The notes beneath the pieces were generated by a model. It did no database searches. It saw only the letters and a list, made by a program, of their open reading frames with translations, and was not told where the DNA came from. Shown here one piece after another: positions 1-12,650 of a stretch of DNA of 64,000 nt (within the stretch, counting starts at the first letter, position 1; the number at the start of each line of letters is the position of its first letter). Origin of the DNA: Octopus vulgaris (Eukaryota); assembly GCA_951406725.2 (NCBI GenBank), contig OX597834.1, positions 16,120,001 through 16,184,000 on the forward strand, read 5' to 3'. The position numbers and the translations under genes were made by a program.

Positions 1-319
1 AGTGTTTGTGACCCCAATGCCAATGCACAAGTGGAATTATTTCTCTGATATCATACATTTCTGACCTAGTTCTAGAGCTTTTGAATATCACCAGTTTCTT
101 CAGGAAAATCACAAAGAACACAATTTCTGATTTTCCTTCTTGTAACAGGGAAAAAAAAAAAAAATTTTTTTTTTTTATCAAATAAATAAAATGCGTTTTG
201 CCCAATGGAACAAATCAATAGTTATCTAAATATTGGTGGGCACTGTGAGTAGAAAGTCATCTCGTGGTGGCATACAGGATCTTACAGAGTCCGGCTTTTT
301 GCCTGCTCAGTCAGCGGTT

Positions 320-351
320 TCACTTAATCTGATTTGCATTGCTAATGCACC
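320..351 (-). CDS. Candidate terminal exon (phase 1: xCISNANQIK*; phase 0 alternative GALAMQIRLSETAD* ending at 307)
   Basis: Minus-strand acceptor tttcttctatttgtggtgtttcctag followed by unique sequence running to the window start; no homology recognised. Confidence 0.25.
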
Positions 352-514
352 CTAGGAAACACCACAAATAGAAGAAATTCAAATTTTCTAACGAGCTTCC
401 AGTTGTTCTATATAAGAAATCATTAATATCCTTGGGCAAAAATATCAGTGATATTTTGTGAAATATGTTTTAACAAGAAAAATTTTTCAAATGTTAAGAT
501 TTCTCCATCAATAT

Positions 515-518
515 ATCA

Positions 519-564
<46 letters not shown>

Positions 565-640
565 TACAGCTACTATTGTTGTTGTTATTACTATGATTGT
601 TATTATTATTGTTGCTATTATTATGGTTATTATTATTATT
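515..640. repeat. (TAT)n microsatellite
   Basis: Seen directly. Confidence 0.95.
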
Positions 641-796
641 AATACATCTTTTTTTTCAAGAAATGTCAAAAAAAAATTTTTTTTTTAATTTTTGTGTTTT
701 ATTTTTATCTATGATATTTTACAGGTTTTGGTTGCATTGCATTTCTTTCATTTTTTTTATTTTCATTTTCTTTTTTTTTTTTTTTTGAAATCCTAG

Positions 797-834
797 AAAA
801 GTCTTGCACACGCAAATGTGCAGAAAATTACACG
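797..834 (+). other. Candidate 38-nt plus-strand exon
   Basis: poly-T...gaaatcctag acceptor and cacg|gtgagt donor; open in two frames checked (KSLAHANVQKIT / KSCTRKCAENYT). Confidence 0.25.
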
Positions 835-1300
835 GTGAGTTTTCAACAAAAAAGAAAAAAAGAAAACTTTGCAATGGGTCACCTTTATGAGACACACGCC
901 ATCGTAAGGACAGCATTAATCATCCTTTGGCACAAAAAAAAAAGATAAGATATTTTAAATAAACATAACCAAAAAAAAAAAAAACTAAAGATTCTTTAAA
1001 AAATGAATAATAATGATGATGGTGGTAATTTTTTTTTTTTTTTTTTTGAAAGATGGTCACGGAATGTTTTTGAAAAACGTGGACATGAAATGAAATGAAA
1101 GATGGATAATGTGAGTTTGGTTTGGTTTGGTACAGGGTAAAAATAAAAAATGGAAAGAAGAAAAGAAGAGCGATAGAAAGTGACGAGATAAAAAGGTAAA
1201 AATAAGCTAAAGTTGAGAACTTAATGGATGAAATGTTTATGGGAGAGTTCTAGAAGAGTTTGGTAAGTTCAGGCTGCTGCGAGGAATAAAGCTAATGTTG

Positions 1301-1326
1301 TTACGTTCTGTGCTCTAGCCATTCGG
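1301..1326 (-). CDS. Candidate terminal exon (phase 1: xEWLEHRT*)
   Basis: Acceptor (ct)n-cctcag at the edge of a GA microsatellite, then a unique island. Confidence 0.2.
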
Positions 1327-1330
1327 CTGA

Positions 1331-1990
1331 GGAGAGAGAGAGAGAGAGAGAACACATACACACACACAAAGACACAGGGAGAAATAGAAACAGACAGAGA
1401 CATACACAGAGAGATGGAAAGAGAAAGACACAAGGCGATAGACAGAGAGATATAGACAAAGATAGATCAGAGAGAGAAAGAGACTTTAGCAGAGAGAGAG
1501 AGAGAGAGAAAGACAAATCAGAGAGAGAGAGAGAGAGACAAACACAGAGAGAGAAACAGAAGAGATAAGATATAGATACAGAGAGAGGGGAAAAAAGAAA
1601 GAGAGAGAGAGACATAGATAAACAGAGAGACAGACACAGAAAGATAAAGAGAGACTACAGACAGACAGACAGAGCTAGAGAGAGAGAGAGATAAACACAT
1701 AGAGAGAGAGAGAGACAGTAGCGGGCAGAGAGGTAATGAGACAGAAATGAAACAGACAGACAGACATATAGACACACAAGGAAAGAGAGTGACAGAGAAA
1801 GACACAAAAAGATAGAGAGAGAGAGAGAGAGAGAGATATACAAAGAGATAGACATGGACAGATATATAGATAGACAGATCAGAGAGAGAGAGACAGAGGC
1901 TGAGACAGAGAGAGATAGACGGAAAGAGACACACACACACATACACATACAAAGAGACGCATTGAGAGAGAGAGAGAGAGAAAGAGAGAA
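1331..1990. repeat. Degenerate (GA)n/(GACA)n purine-rich tract
   Basis: Seen directly. Confidence 0.95.
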
Positions 1991-2359
1991 TGTGATGTTC
2001 ATTGCTATGGTTGTGGGACACCTAAAGGGTGAGTGTCCAGGTAATGTTTATTATTGATTTATTTCTTTGTTTATTTAAGGTTCCCTGTGTGTGTGTGTGT
2101 GTGTGTTTTTTGCTGAAAACTAGGTCTTCAGACTTATTTCTGCTACATTTTTGTCAATGACGCTTAATTTCTTTTCCAGCGGGGGCAAAAAAAAACACCA
2201 ACAAAATACTTAAGACATTCATTTTCTGTTGTTTTTTTTTGTTGTTGTTGTTTTTATTGTTACTTTAAGTACTGAAAACAGATAATAAAGCAATTTGGGG
2301 AGTGGGGTGGCAATGTTGGTGGGGGTGGCAGTGGTCGCTGCCACAGTGATAGTGGTCAT

Positions 2360-2671
2360 GTACTTAATCTATCGGTCTTTTTTGCCGAACCGCTAAGTTA
2401 TGGGAACGTAAGCATACCACCATTGGTTGTCAAGCAATGTTAGGGGGACAAACACAGACACACACAAACACACATATATATATATATATACACATATACA
2501 TATATTCAACGGGCTTCTTTCAGTTTCCGTCTACCAAATCCACTGACAAGGCTTTGGTCGGCCCGAGGCTATAGTAGAAGACACTTGCCCAAGGTGCCAA
2601 AGGTGCCGGGCAATGGGACTGAACCCGGAACCATGTGGTTTGTTAGGAAACTAGTTACCACACAGCCACTC
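2360..2671 (-). mobile_element. tRNA-derived SINE, family A (head ggagtggctgtgtggtaag, internal (TA)/(TG) tract)
   Basis: Matches about 15 other copies in the window; A/B-box-like head and ccttgggcaag motif. Confidence 0.9.
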
Positions 2672-2675
2672 ATAA

Positions 2676-2972
2676 TTATTCTTTAACAAAAACAGTACTG
2701 ATGGTGACTTTGACCTTTTGGCAATCTAAGCCGTCGTTGAAGTTTCACCTTTTGGCCATCTAAGCCGTCGTTGGAGTATAATTCATTTAGGTGTGTCTTG
2801 GCTTTACATAGTCTCTAATAAGTTTTAACAGAATTCAGGTTACCCAAAGAAATTTTAACTTGACGAAGACAATATAAAGCCAGGATGAACCTAAACGAAT
2901 TACAGCTTGATGACTGCTTTGAGTGGCCGAAACTTCAAAGTCACTGTCGATACTGTTCTTGCTGAAGAATAA
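2676..2972. mobile_element. Diverged inverted-repeat element with hammerhead remnant (Penelope-like terminal repeat pair)
   Basis: Arms ttattctttaacaaaaacagtactgatggtgactttga / tcaaagtcactgtcgatactgttcttgctgaagaataa; similarity extends inward more than 100 bp. Confidence 0.65.
2902..2947 (+). ncRNA. Degenerate type I hammerhead ribozyme motif
   Basis: acag-c-TTGATGA-ctgc..gcc-GAA-ACTT-ca-AAGT-C-a-ctgt: stems I and III pair, GUC triplet present, core and stem II mutated. Confidence 0.55.
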
Positions 2973-3455
2973 TAAATGTGTCCACTGACGAACATATTGA
3001 GTAATTCTACAATTTAATGTAAAGCTGTTTTTATTATAACATAAAAACAACCATATATATGTGTGTGTGTGTGTGTGTCTCTGTGTGTGAGTGTGTGTGT
3101 GTGTATATAAATATATATATATATATACATGTATGTATGTATATATATATGTATGTGTGTGTGTATGTATTGATGATGATGATGATATATATATATATAT
3201 ATTATTTATATATATATATATATATACACACATGTATGTATGTATATGTATGTATATATATATGTGTGTGTGTGGATGTATGTATGTATACATATATATA
3301 TATATAGAGAGAGAGAGGGAGAGAGTGATAGATAGATAGATGAATGAATACACACTTATTTCTATACAGATATACATACATACATGGAAACACAGATATC
3401 TATATCTGTGTGTATAATAAATATATACACACACACATACATACCCGATAAATAA

Positions 3456-3510
<55 letters not shown>

Positions 3511-3829
3511 ATATGTATATCTTGTCCATTCCCTATATAATCAAAAATTTACCAGTTATTGGTTTTCAATAATTAATAATTGATAGAGAAATTAAGTTTC
3601 TAGACATAAAATATTATCTTTTTGAGTGTTGCTGCCTGTTGATAGCTTCTTCCTACTTTTCCAGTCTGTTCCGCCTGCCTTCCTCCGTTGTCTCATGGGT
3701 GTGTACATATTTATCTATACATATTCATGCATGTGTGTACATATGTGAGTGAGTATGCATATATATGTATGTTTATATATGTTTATTTTTTATATATATA
3801 TATATATAAACATACGTACACACACATAG

Positions 3830-3866
<37 letters not shown>

Positions 3867-4197
3867 TACACAGAGATTCATATATATATATAAATCCTAT
3901 GTACATACACACATACACATACACACAAATACACACACACAAACACACACACAGATGTATGTATTATTATATTATTATATATATATAATTAATAAATAAA
4001 AAATGGAGAAAAAATACAAGAAAAAGTAACAATGCGAGGACATGGTACATGCAAAATATTAGTAAGACGCTCGGGGAAGGAAAGAAAGGGTGTTTTACAT
4101 TTTGAGCAAAGCTCTTCTTCAGAAACAGGAGACAGAGGAAAGTTCAAGAGAAAATGAAGAAAAAAAATCGCCAACAATCTACATGTAGGATATTTTG

Positions 4198-4228
<31 letters not shown>

Positions 4229-4309
4229 TGTGTGTGTGTGTGTGTGTGCGTGCGTGCATGCGTGTGTGTATGTGCGTGCGTGCGTGCGTGTGTGTGTGTG
4301 CGTGCGTGC

Positions 4310-4812
4310 GGAGGTGCAATAGCCCAGTGGTTAGGGCAGCGAACTCGCAGTCTGAGGATCACGGTTTCGATTCCCAGATTGTGAGTGTTTATTGAGCGAA
4401 AAACACCTAAAGCTCCACAAGGCTCCAGCAGGGGGTAGTGGCGAACCCTGCTCTACTCTTTCACCACAACTTTCTCTCACTCTTTCTTCCTGTTTCTGTT
4501 GCACCTGTATTTCAAAGGGCCAGCCTTGCCACACTCTGTGTCATGCTGAATCTCCTCGAGAACTACGTTAAGGGTACACGTGTCTGTGGAGTGCTCAGCC
4601 ACTTGCACGTTAATAAATAAGCTGCAATGTCACTGGTGCCAAGCTGTATCGGCCCCTTTGCCTTTCCCTTGGATAACATCGGTGGCTTGGAGAGGGGAAG
4701 CTGGTATGCATGGTCAACTGCTGGTCTTCCATAAACGACCTTGCCCAGATTTGTGCCTCGAAGGGTAACTTTCTAGGTGCAATCCCATGGTCATTCATGA
4801 CCGAAGGAGGTC
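4310..4812 (+). mobile_element. tRNA-derived SINE, family B (full length)
   Basis: A box tagcccagtggttagg, B box ggtttcgattccc; head shared with 17588, tail with 20280-20465. Confidence 0.9.
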
Positions 4813-4814
4813 AA

Positions 4815-4855
<41 letters not shown>

Positions 4856-5083
4856 AGCAATTAAGGACAACTACTTAATAAGGAAAACTTAACAAGAAAT
4901 TGTCAGGTAGATAGCGTAAGAACCTCATAAGAGAAAAAATTTCGAAAATAATTATTTCTTATTGAACATATTAATTTATATATAGAGGGCATTATATACA
5001 TGCCAGAAGGCATTATACATACATGCCAAACGCTAAGAGGGACAATTAGTCATTTCTACCAAAAATATTACTAATCCCACCGA

Positions 5084-5115
<32 letters not shown>

Positions 5116-5186
5116 TTACACACACTCATAGTCAGAGAGGTACAAACACTCATTCACATACAGATATAATACGCACACATTCTCAT

Positions 5187-5575
5187 GGAGTGGTTGTTTG
5201 ATAGGTTTGCTTCCCCACCACATAATTCTGGGTTCAGTTCCACTGCATGGTACCTACTAAGACTTTTACTATAACCTTGAACCAACCAAAGCCTGAGTGG
5301 ATTCGGTAGATGGAAACTGAAAGAAGACTGCCCTGTGTATATATATGTATGTGTGTGTGAGTGTGTCTTTGTGTTAGCGTTTGACCCACCACCACTGCTT
5401 GACAACAATTGTTGGTATGTTTACATCCCCATGAATTAGCAGTTGAGCAAAAAAGAAGGATACAGTAAGTACCAGGGTTTTTAAAAATGTATAGGAGTCA
5501 ATTCATTTGGCTAAAATTCTTCAAGATGTTGCCCAAACATGGCCACAGTCCAATGACTAAAACACATGGAAAGAT
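5187..5575 (+). mobile_element. SINE family A, old diverged copy
   Basis: Colinear with 43445-43851. Confidence 0.8.
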
Positions 5576-5636
5576 AGATACACACACACACACACTGGCA
5601 TAAAGACTGACACACACATTCATATATACATATATA

Positions 5637-5791
5637 CTTTATTTAAAAGCAGTAGAAATTCAACAAAACCTGTTACTCAGAGTTTCACACTCCCGTTTGT
5701 CGGACAGTTTTGTTAAAACAAAAAAAACGTCCAATGAACGTGAAACTCAGAGTAACAGGTTTTGTTGAATTTCTGCTGCTTTTAAATAAAG
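5637..5791. mobile_element. Palindromic element with two degenerate hammerhead cores (Penelope-like inverted terminal repeat)
   Basis: About 52-bp inverted arms; minus strand 5707-5670 reads ctgt-ccgacaa-acgggagtgt-GAAA-ctctgag-TA-acag. Confidence 0.7.
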
Positions 5792-5847
5792 CATATTACT
5801 CTACCCCTTGTTTCACATTTATGTGTTTACTCCGGTATATATATATC

Positions 5848-6100
5848 ACATGACCAACAGAGCTATCAGATGTTGTTACACATCACTGGTCACAATACAC
5901 TTTTGCATTGTTTTAGCCTCCATATGACACCACCTCGCTGGCTAGGCAAGGAGGCCAATATTTGCCCCCAATCGAAAGTGGGGACTGGAGCAACGTGAAA
6001 TGAAGTGCTTTGCTCAAGAACACAATATGCCGTCCCGTCAGTGAATTGAACCGATGATCTAGCAATTCTGAATGCAACAGCCTAACCACACTAGGCCACA
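5848..6100 (-). mobile_element. tRNA-derived SINE sharing the 20131-type head with a different tail
   Basis: ggactggagcaacgtgaaatgaagtg..ttgctcaagaacac core shared with 16060-16105 and 20210-20250. Confidence 0.75.
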
Positions 6101-6126
6101 TACTTTCACTATATATATGTATGTCT

Positions 6127-6185
<59 letters not shown>

Positions 6186-6309
6186 TATACATATACATAC
6201 ACATATGCATATATATGTAAACATAAATATATACATATATATATATACATATATATATATACACACACACATATATATATGTATATATATGTGTGTATAT
6301 ATATATGTG

Positions 6310-6349
<40 letters not shown>

Positions 6350-6611
6350 ACTTTACCCAACCTATTCTCATTGCCATCACCCTTCTTTGACAAGACAGTA
6401 ATACAGTAATGGATATTATATAAGTTTGCTCCACTCTGTAAGGATGGTTGTTCATTCAGTTTAATTGGAAAACTTAGAAAGACTTTGAAAATGAGTGCCA
6501 TATCTACTTATTTAGTTAGTTATACATCACGTATAAATGTTTCTACGTCAGTTTTGGTATAGTTTCTATGGCTAGATACCCTTCCTAATGCCAACCACTT
6601 TACATAATATA

Positions 6612-7135
6612 TGAGGGGTTGCTAAAAAGATCGTGGGTTTGGATAAAAGAAAATACAAGGGAATCAATTAATTAAGATTTTATTCAACACTAGCAGTACC
6701 GCCCGGCGTTGCTCAGGTTTGTAAGGGAAATAACTATATAAGCATTTTTAGAGGGTTACTTCCCTTATATAACCCGAGCAAAAATCATTAGAAATGCGGA
6801 AAAATGATGGTAAATTTTTTTTAAATCGTAGACTCATCGTAGACGCGCACTAATACCCAGAAGTGTTCGATATGAATGACGACAATGAGATACCCACTTT
6901 TGGTTAAACTGCACCGCAAAATGTGGGAGTAGTTAGGAATCTAAATCGGAGGAGACAGAGTCTCACACACACAACTTCAATTTTATATATAAAGATATTC
7001 CCCCCTCAGATTCACACACTTATTGGAGCAGCCCTTCAGTTTTTCTAAGCCCTGTAAAAAGAACTCAGAAGGTTGGGCTTCCAACTGGGACTTTCGCGAT
7101 ACCCTTAAAACCAGGAATTTTTCAGCACCCCCTTG
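6612..7135. mobile_element. Non-autonomous mariner-type element interrupted by a Helitron
   Basis: TIRs tgaggggttgctaaaaag / tttttcagcacccccttg, each flanked by TA. Confidence 0.7.
6690..6995 (-). mobile_element. Non-autonomous Helitron
   Basis: Minus strand starts TC(tttatatataaaa), ends CTAG with a subterminal GC-rich hairpin, and sits between A and T with no TSD. Confidence 0.85.
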
Positions 7136-7261
7136 TATGTAAATATGATATTTCTCATATACATATCATGTATTGTGATAGTGAAGTTAATGTCAAGCAT
7201 AAACAAATTCTTTTAGCTGACATATGCCTGCAAATGGTTTGTCAGCTTTTATCCATGGGAA

Positions 7262-7719
7262 AGTTGACTAAATGGTTCTTGGTCTCAAGCATTTGTCTTA
7301 TGAAGAAAGGCTGAAGACACTCAACCTTTATTCTCTAGAAAAACGACGACGCCGTGGTGATCTCATTCTTGCTCAAAACATCATAAGCGGAAAGTGTAAC
7401 CTCTCGAAAGAGCTGTTCTTCACTCCTGCTCCAGAGCGTCGGCTGCGGGGTCACTCCGAAAAGCTCTATCTGCGACGATTTCATCTCAATCGAAGGAGAG
7501 GGGCTTTCTCCGTCCGGGTTGCGGATCCGTGGAATATGCTGTCGGACGAGATAGTGAAGATGCCGACAACCGCTCGGTTTAAAGTCTCCCTTGACCACAA
7601 ATGGCCTGAACTCTTTGCATGAACACCACCTAGTACATAACTCCATGTCCCCCTACATGGCCTTGCTTTTTGCTTTTTGAGCCAAAAAATTAACTTAACT
7701 AACTTAACTTAACTTAACT
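7262..7719 (+). mobile_element. 5'-truncated CR1-clade LINE (ORF2 C-terminus + (TTAAC)n tail)
   Basis: LSYEERLKTLNLYSLEKRRRRGDLI...RGHSEKL...FSVRVADPWN, typical CR1 post-RT motifs. Confidence 0.9.
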
Positions 7720-8099
7720 TATAACTGCAATTTTGTTTTAAATATTTTGTGACAAATAATCCTCATTTAATATCCCCTTTTCCATGCTTGTGTGAATCAG
7801 CAGGAATTTAGGGAGGCAGATTGTCTATGGTTAGATGCCCTTCCTGTCACCAACCCTCATCTGTTTCCAACCACAGTAATATATCTTAGTGGTCTGGCAT
7901 GTTTTTTGAAAGAAGACTGAAAATGAACAACACTGCTTGTGTGATGGTGAAGCTTGTTTACAACCATCAAATGATGTCAAGACAAGAAAACATAACACAA
8001 ACATCATCATCATCCTCATCATCATTTAATGTCCTTTTTTTCCATACTGGCATGGATTTGACAATTTGACAAGAATTAACAAACCAGAGGCTGGTTAAT

Positions 8100-8602
8100 G
8101 TAGATAGGTAGATGAGAAAGGTAGATAGGTAGGAGTATGTAGGTAGGTAGGTAAATAGGAAAGGAGGTAGACAGGTAAGAAGGAAGGTAGGTTAGGTAGG
8201 TAGGTAGGTAGGTAGGTAGGTAGGTAGGTAGGTAGGTCGGTAGGTAGGTAGGTAGGTAAGTAAGTAGGTAGGTAGGTAGGTAGGTAGGTAGGTAGGTAGG
8301 TCGGTAGGTAGGTAGGTAGGTAGGTAGGTAGGTAGGTAGGTAGGTAGGTAGGTAGGTAGGTAGGTAGGTAGGTAGGTAGGTAGGTCAGTAGGTAGGTAGG
8401 TAGATAGGTCTGTAGGTAGGTAGGTAGGTAGGTAGGTAGGTAGGTAGGTAGGTAAGTAGGTAGGTAGGTAGGCAGGTAGGTAAGTAGGTAGGTAGGTAGG
8501 TCAATAGGTAGGTAGGTAGGTAAGTAGGTAGGTTGGTAGATAGGTAGGTAGATAGGTAAGAATTTGTAGGCAGGTAGCTAGGTAGGTAAATAGGTAGGTA
8601 GA
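8100..8602. repeat. (TAGG)n microsatellite
   Basis: Seen directly. Confidence 0.97.
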
Positions 8603-8983
8603 TATATTTGCCAACTTCATATTTCATCTTAAGTGAAACTTCACAAAGGAAAAACTATAAAGTTGCTAAGCAAAAAGAAATGCAATATTTAAAGAAAAAA
8701 AAGAAAGTATGGCAGAAAGAAAGAAAGAAAGACAAAGAGAAAGAAGGAAAGAAAAAAAGATAGAAGGAACAAAGTGGGGGGAGAAAAAAAATCAGAAATA
8801 TATAGCAGTTATGCTTAATATCTCCGAGCCATAAGAATTTAAGAAAAAATGAAAAACACTTAATTTTGAAACACAGCTTTTAGTTGGGATGTTTTAAATG
8901 TGTTTTTTTCCTTTGTTATTTTATTTTAGTGAAATTTTTTTGTTTTTTTGTTTTCGTCTTTTTTCTTTTTCTTTTTACCTTAC

Positions 8984-9021
8984 TTGGATGGCGAGGGTGG
9001 TTAATGTAAAAAATGTTCTGT
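8984..9021 (-). CDS. Candidate 38-nt exon (phase 1: xRTFFTLTTLAIQ; read-through adds VR*)
   Basis: Acceptor ttccattccattctgccgcag, donor CAA|gtaagg. Confidence 0.35.
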
Positions 9022-9331
9022 CTGCGGCAGAATGGAATGGAAATATGGTTTCATTTAATTCTTAGAAATGACGAGACGTCTTTGCGATGAGCAAAGGGGG
9101 GAAAGAAATACAGACAACTGAAGCAATTCCAGAAGAGAGAAACGGTTTGGCAGATGATGGGGTGGGCGTGGGGGGAATGTTATGCCTTCAGCAAAACTAT
9201 ATTCATTTCTCTCCCATTCTTCATATATATATATATATATATATACATACATACACACACATGCATATATACACACATGCACATACATATATACATGCAT
9301 ACATATACATACATATATACACTGACACATG

Positions 9332-9372
<41 letters not shown>

Positions 9373-9960
9373 GTCTATACATGTATAGACTCACAATATA
9401 TACAACACAAACACACACACACACACAGCTGCATATACAATATTAATATTCGTTCATTCATTTATGCTTTGTGTCTGTTTTTCCATGTTGGCATGGGTTA
9501 GAGGAGTACATATAATTAAAGCATTGCTTTATAGCCTGATGTCAGTTTTGTTGGTTTTTCAAGTGAGGGAATTTTTTTTTATATCTTGCATGTCTTCAAT
9601 ATTTGTAGAATTTGCAGCTGATTCATTGACAAGACATTTTCAATGAAGTTCACCGTTTCTAACTATATTTTTGTATGTGTGGAACAGAAACAGTCAGACA
9701 ATCACATGCACATGCATGACCACATACACACAGGCACATATATATATATATATATATATATACACCCATACACATGCAGGCTTTGTTCAGTTTCCATCAA
9801 CAAGATTCACTCACTATGCATTAGTCAGCTCAGGGTTATAATTGCACAAGACGCATGCCCAAGGTACCATGTAGTGAGACTGAACTCAGCACCATGTGGT
9901 TAAAAAACAAACATTACAACCGCATAGCCATGTCTGTACAGATGCATATATATATATATA

Positions 9961-10122
9961 CAGGTGCAGACATGGCTGTGTGGTAAGTAGCTTGCTTACC
10001 AACCACATGGTTCTGGGTTCAGTCCCACTGCATGGCACTTTGGGCAAGTGTCTTCTACTATAGCCTTGGGCCAACTAAACCTTTGTGGGTGGATTCGACA
10101 GATGGAAACTGAAAGAAGCCCA
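9961..10122 (+). mobile_element. SINE family A, 5' half
   Basis: Matches family A head. Confidence 0.85.
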
Positions 10123-10383
10123 TATATATCATCATCATTATTTAATGCCTGCCTTCTATGCTGGCAGCACCAGCATTTGGCAAGTAATTTATTGTCTTCT
10201 ATGTAATGAAACGCAAAGTTGACCTCAGGGAGTTTTCAGCATAGGGTGAAAGGGACCAGAGCCAGTATTACAATGCATTTCTATCCAATGCTTTTAATGA
10301 CTTTGCCAATTAAATACTTTATCTCTCTATCTCACAACATTTACTATATATATATGTATGTATAGGATATTTTTGTAAATGTC

Positions 10384-10685
10384 TCATTTATAACTACATA
10401 TTGACCTACCATAAATGGCTAATATAAGTAAAATGAGACATACTTATCTGCATGGCCGAAACAGCTGTAAGATGTAGTCTATATTTATATTTATATTCTC
10501 TAATACATATTGTACTTATTGTATAACATTATTCCTTTATGCACACTCCTTTATGTACACTGTTTTGTTCTACATTATTATGTTTGACCTTAAAGTTTCT
10601 TAAGTGGTGGTTTAATAAAGTATGTGATTGGGTATTATCTGGTAATTGATATTTGATTTGGATGTATTTCTCCATTTTCTTATTT

Positions 10686-10690
<5 letters not shown>
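10384..10690 (+). mobile_element. Interspersed repeat (second copy 63567-63876), probable Penelope-like terminal repeat
   Basis: About 300 bp of strong reverse-complement similarity to 63567-63876; contains gccGAAAcagctgTA. Confidence 0.7.
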
Positions 10691-10739
<49 letters not shown>

Positions 10740-10924
10740 TCAAAATTGCACAAAAAACAAAAGACAGAGATGGGTGAAGGCACAACAAACAAGCTGTATT
10801 GGTTTGATACTCAGGAAAAATGGAAAAGTCTTTGATGCTTTGAGCCTAGACTCTCCTACAGAAAGGAAGAAGAGAGAAAAAAGAGGGAGGGGGAAAAGAG
10901 AGAAAAAGTACATATATATATATG

Positions 10925-10956
<32 letters not shown>

Positions 10957-11060
10957 TACATACACACACATATAACATATGCACACACATACAAGTATAT
11001 ATACGTATATTACATGTACATATGTAATCCTAACCCTAACCCTAACCTTTCGTAGAAAAG

Positions 11061-11091
<31 letters not shown>

Positions 11092-11254
11092 GTTTGACTT
11101 TTGCTTTGTATTTGTACAAGTTAACTTCAAGTCTCACCCAGGGACCTCAAGACAACCAGTTAGTAGTTCAAGTTGGTATTATGCCTGGAGGGAGGCTCAT
11201 ATATTTGGTTTTGCACATAGTACTGTTTTAGAGAATTATCATTATTATTATTAT

Positions 11255-11436
11255 TAAAGTGGCAAACTGACAGAATCATGACCCAGCTCAAGGTTCTGAG
11301 TTCAAATTCCACAGAGGTCAACTCTTGCTTTTCATCCTTTCAAGCTCGATAAAATAAGTACCAGTTTCGCACTGGGGTCGATGTCATTAAGTGGCCCCCT
11401 TTCCTGAAATCGCTGAACCTGTGTCAAAATTAGAAA

Positions 11437-11480
<44 letters not shown>
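11255..11480 (+). mobile_element. SINE family C variant (Deu/Nin-like core) with (TTA)n tail
   Basis: gaggtcaac..ttttcatcctttcaagctcgataaaataagtaccag core. Confidence 0.75.
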
Positions 11481-11509
11481 GATGTTCCTTGTTGCATTTC
11501 TCAAGGGAT

Positions 11510-11808
11510 CAGTCATATTTGACAAGTACTTATTCTATTGGTCTTTTTTGCCGAACTGTTAAGTTACAGGTGTGTATACAAACCAACACCAATTTTCAAA
11601 CAGTGTTGGAGGGGACACACACACACACACACACACACACATGGTGGGCTGTTTTTGGTTTCCCTTTACCAAATCCACTTACAAGGTCTTAGTTGGCCCA
11701 AGACTGTAGTAGAAGACCCTTGCCCAAGGTGTCATACAGTGGGACTGAACCCAAAACCACATGTGAAGTCCAAAGCAATCTTCTTAACCACACAACCAAA
11801 CTTGCACC
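11510..11808 (-). mobile_element. SINE family A, diverged
   Basis: Colinear with other family A copies. Confidence 0.75.
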
Positions 11809-12169
11809 TATTCAGTTTTTTCCCATTCTTCAAAGAACAAATATTCAAAAATGGTGGATTTTTTGAGTTTCTTTTTTTTTTTTCCTTTCCAGTTTCAACA
11901 GCAATTTAATTCAGTGTAATTTATTTTTAACTACAATTTAGTTTAATACAACTAAAACTGCATTACTAAGGCTCGAAGAGACAATGCGTATTGGTCTTTT
12001 ATGAAGTTCTGGCGTGACACAGTTATCCTCCCTCTATCTCTCTTTCTCTCTCTCTCTCATATACCACTTAGCAAAAAATTGTTCAGCCTTTTCAAAAGTC
12101 TGTACCATCTTGTACAATCTCTATCTCTATTATTTTCTCTCTCTCTCTTTTTACTCTCTCTTTTTACTC

Positions 12170-12555
12170 TCTCTTTTACTCGTTTCAGTCATTTGACTGC
12201 GGCCATGCTGGAGCACCGCCTTTAATCGAGCAACTCAACCCCGGCACTTATTCTTTTGTAAGCCCAGTACTTATTCTATCGCCCTCTTTTGCCAAACCGC
12301 TAAGTGATGGGGACATAAACACACCAGCATCGGTTGTTAAGCAATGCTAGGGGGACAAACAAAGACACACAAATACACACACATACACATACATATATAC
12401 AACGGGCTTCTTTCAGTTTCCATCTACCAAATCTACTCACAAGGTTTTGGTCGGCCCGAGGCTATAGTAGAAGACATTTGCCCAATGTGCCATGCAGTGG
12501 GACTGAACCTAGAACCATGTGGTTGGTAAACAAGCTACTTACCACACAGCCACTC
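12170..12555 (-). mobile_element. SINE family A, full length
   Basis: Head, internal microsatellite and tail ccagcatggccgcagtcaaatgactgaaac all present. Confidence 0.9.
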
Positions 12556-12650
12556 TCTCTCTCTCTCTGCTGTTTTTAACACACTCTCCGTCTTTCCACC
12601 CTTTCTAACCTTCTCTCTCTCTAACTTCATCCTGTCTTCTTCTTTCTCCC

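Noticed and set aside
7272-7622. 116-aa ORF (and 28563-28955, 46755-47108) as host genes
   Set aside because: They are C-termini of truncated LINE ORF2 with tails, and two have second copies in the window
11027-11047. (CCCTAA)3 telomere-like repeat
   Set aside because: Too short to indicate a telomere or fusion site
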